From the NCBI RefSeq assembly GCF_009914755.1, contig NC_060942.1: a stretch of DNA of 64,000 nt, one strand, 5' to 3'. Positions 59,539 through 64,000 of the stretch are shown here, piece after piece. The notes below the pieces were generated by a model. The model ran no database searches, was not told the DNA's origin, and saw only the letters and a list, made by a program, of their open reading frames with translations. Each line of letters begins with the position of its first letter. Position 1 is the first letter of the stretch. This DNA comes from the human T2T-CHM13v2.0 reference genome, Homo sapiens. The translations under genes and the position numbers were made by a program.

Positions 59539-59929
59539 CAACCGGTGTCCCCGCGTGTAGAGTCTATGATTTATGAGTCGTGAGTCAGAGTAGTGTGAAC
59601 AACTACAAAGTGAGTCCATGGAAAGGAAATGAGCCATCTTCCAGGGAAAGCAAACCCCAACCCACTTATAATGGAGGTCAGGGAGGACAAACTGGCCTTA
59701 ACCAAACCCCTTTCCTTCTCATGCTCAGATCCAATCTATACTGTGTCTATGGTTACCACCAGCAAGCTATAGAGGGCAGCCAGCACTCATTCAGTAAGCC
59801 TTTATACAGCCCCTTCTGTGGCTGAGGCCCTTCTCTGGGTACTTTGGAAAATAAAAAAATGTATCAAACACACACCCTTCCAGGTTCTCACCCTCTGGGA
59901 GTAGTAAGGATCGCTAGCTAACATTGACT

Positions 59930-60130
59930 GATCATGTCCCATGAGCAAACACTCCACTGACTGCCCTGTGAACATGGTTGTTACTATGATCGTCCCCATT
60001 TTACAGATAAGGAAACTCAAGCTCTGAGAAGTTAAGTAACTTGCTCCAAGCACCACAAGTGACCAGGGACAGAACCAGGATTCAAACTCATGGCTATCTG
60101 ACCTCAGACAGTTTGCTTTTAACCCTGCCC
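59930..60130 (-). mobile_element. MIR
   Basis: ccccattttacagataaggaaact...gttaagtaacttgctccaag...ccaggattcaaactca. Confidence 0.7.
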
Positions 60131-60320
60131 GTGCTTTCTGAGTTGCAGAGACTCATTGTGGGGTTTGTGGGAAGTAGGTACAGCATGTTTATGGACAGCT
60201 GTGCTCTAGTTTCTTTGCTGGGCAGGGAAAATTATGAGAAAGTGTGAACTGCAATTGGCTGGTGTGGATTGCCAAAATGAATTGTTTTGACCATTTTCTG
60301 TCTGTTAGTCACAAAGATAG

Positions 60321-60739
<419 letters not shown>

Positions 60740-60827
60740 TGCACAGAGTTTTTTCTAATCATAAAATTTAAATTCTGGTTGCTTTTATCTTGAGCCTTAA
60801 ATACAATTTTAGTTCTATGATAGCTAC

Positions 60828-61211
60828 TGCATTAGTCTGTTCTCGCATCACTATAAAGGACTACCTGAGACTGGGTAATTTATCAAGAAAAGAGGTTTAA
60901 TTGATGCACAGTTCTGGAAGCTGTATAGGAAGCAGGGCTGGGGACGACTCAGGAAACTTACAATCATGACAAAAGGCAACGGGGAAGCGGGCGTGTCTTA
61001 CATGGCCAGAGAAGGACGGAGAGAGAGCAAGAAGGGAGGTGCTATACACTTTCAAACAACCACATCTCGGGAGAATTCACTCACTATCATGAGAACAAGG
61101 GGAAAATCCACCCCCATGAGCCAATCACCTCCCTCCAGGCCCCCTCCTCCAGCACTGGGGATTACAATTCGACATGAGATTTGGGTGGGGACACAAATCT
61201 AAACCATATCA
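60828..61211 (-). mobile_element. THE1D-like (MaLR) solo LTR
   Basis: tgcattagtctgttctc...ctgagactgggtaattta...aaaccatatca, with a 5-bp TSD GCTAC (60823-60827 and 61212-61216). Confidence 0.9.
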
Positions 61212-61239
61212 GCTACAAAACTATAAGCTTAATAGAGGA

Positions 61240-61354
61240 GTGAGGCACAGTGACTTACACTGTAGGCTACTTAGGCTGCAGTGAGTTATGATCATAGCAC
61301 TGCACTCCAGCCTGGGCCACAGAGTAAGACTCTGTCTCTTAAAAAAAAAAAAAA
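61240..61354 (+). mobile_element. Internally deleted Alu monomer
   Basis: An Alu-like head joined to ggctgcagtgag...ctctt plus an A-tail. Confidence 0.7.
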
Positions 61355-61443
61355 GGAGAGTCACGTAAGTTTCACCAATTAAATGTGCATTATTCCCCAC
61401 TGTAACTCATATTTTACAAGTAAGAATTTTCAAAGATCCTCTG

Positions 61444-61502
61444 TGTGTATACCTGTGTATGTGTTTGTGTGTGTGTGTGAGAGAGAGAGAGAGCGAGAGA
61501 AG
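61444..61502. repeat. (GT)n(GA)n microsatellite
   Basis: Directly visible. Confidence 0.85.
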
Positions 61503-62104
61503 GAAATGGTTGTCTCATTGAAATATTAGTAAGTTTGAAAATTTTTCTGATTTTTTTTTTAGGGCATAAAAACAGTCATTTCTCCTCCTTCCTTTCCTGA
61601 TTCATGTTTTTATATATAGTAAACTTACCGTTGCTAAAAAAACATTTGAAACCTTTATACTGCCACTTTAACAGTATTTCAACAGAGCCATAATCTTCCT
61701 GATAAAGTAAAATTACACTGGTTCTTAAGAAAACATACCAAGCAAGGACTATCTCAAGAATGTGTAAGTGTTCTTAATCTTATTTCCTGACCTCTTTAAA
61801 GAACAGATATTCATTTAGTTGAAATTCCCTTTGGCAACTGTTAATGCAGTTTCTGGATCTTCCATGAGAGTAACCTGAGTTTTTTGTTGTTGTTCATAGC
61901 ATATAGAGGTGGTTCTCAATTTTTTGTGTTTGCTGAACACTGCTGAATATAGATTTGGGGGTGGCACATTTGAAGTGATTAAAGTACAAGTACCTCACTA
62001 TTCTGCTGCCTGGCTGTCAACAAAGTTGTTATTTGAATAAGTCTATCGACATGTTATTCCATCACACTGTGGATGCTCAGCTGGAGACCCTAGCTGTGGA
62101 TCCT

Positions 62105-62342
62105 CTGGTGTAGGGGTGCAGAGAATAGGCTTTGCAGTCATGCACGCTGAATTTGAATTCCTGCTATGCCATTTGTTTAGCTGAGTGACATTGAACAATT
62201 TGCTTAAACTCTCTGAATTTCACATTCATCAAAGAATCAGGGCAATAATACCTCCCTTATAGAACTGTTGTGATGATTAAATGAAATGATTTATGGAAGG
62301 TACTTAAAACACAGTGATCTCTCAATAAATGCCTGCTATTGT
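62105..62342 (+). mobile_element. MIR
   Basis: ggctttgcagtca...gtgacattgaacaatttgcttaaactctctga...gattaaatga...ctcaataaatg. Confidence 0.72.
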
Positions 62343-62606
62343 CAAGTATCAGTCTTTCAGATGTTTTTTAAAGGGCCTCATCTTTGTGATCAGTTCAACT
62401 GCCTGTGTCTACACTACTGACTTATTCAATGATCTCTCCACTAAAGCCTTCTATTGTTGTCTAACAGTGCACTCTAATAATCTGCAGTCCCAAATTAGTT
62501 ATGGTTATTGATAGTGTTGGCCTCTTGAGGGGTATGAGTCCCATGAATATCTAGACCGATGAGGTTGTTCTTTACTACCCTCCCTTACCTCTTAGACAGG
62601 GGTTAC

Positions 62607-63558
<952 letters not shown>

Positions 63559-63681
63559 TTACCACGTTCCTGATTCCTAAAGGCCCAGGGCAGATTGAAC
63601 CCTAAGTTCAGTTTCTACTCTAGGTGAAATTTTAGGAAACTTCCTGTTGGGACAGGAGTTTGCTTCAAAATCAAGGGCTCT

Positions 63682-64000
<319 letters not shown>

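Overview
This is primate genomic DNA, almost certainly human, and not prokaryotic. It holds the 5' end of COLEC12 (collectin-12/CL-P1/SRCL scavenger receptor) on the minus strand. Exon 1 lies in a CpG island with ATG AAA G at 34553-34547, followed by a 19.8 kb intron 1 and a 51-nt exon 2 at 14788-14738. The two exons splice to give MKDDFAEEEEVQSFGYKRF(G), and intron 2 runs off the left edge. The ~29 kb upstream of the gene is intergenic and repeat-dense (about 40 Alus across the window, plus L1, L2, MIR, MaLR/ERV solo LTRs, MER2 and Tigger3). Nearly all long ORFs in the track are repeat or GC-content artefacts. I found no evidence of a new multi-gene system. The most unusual items are an SVA with 69 perfect CCCTCT hexamers, a short VNTR and a prematurely polyadenylated SINE-R; a 29-unit 31-bp CpG-rich VNTR that appears to have grown out of an L2 RT region, flanked by a CpG-preserved Alu and a CTCF-like site; a strong-Kozak uORF in the COLEC12 leader; a symmetric exon carrying the YKRF endocytosis motif; an ancient local duplication dated by Alu insertions; and several atypical Alu structures. 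Repeat subfamily names come from recalled consensus sequences, and boundaries of old repeats are approximate.
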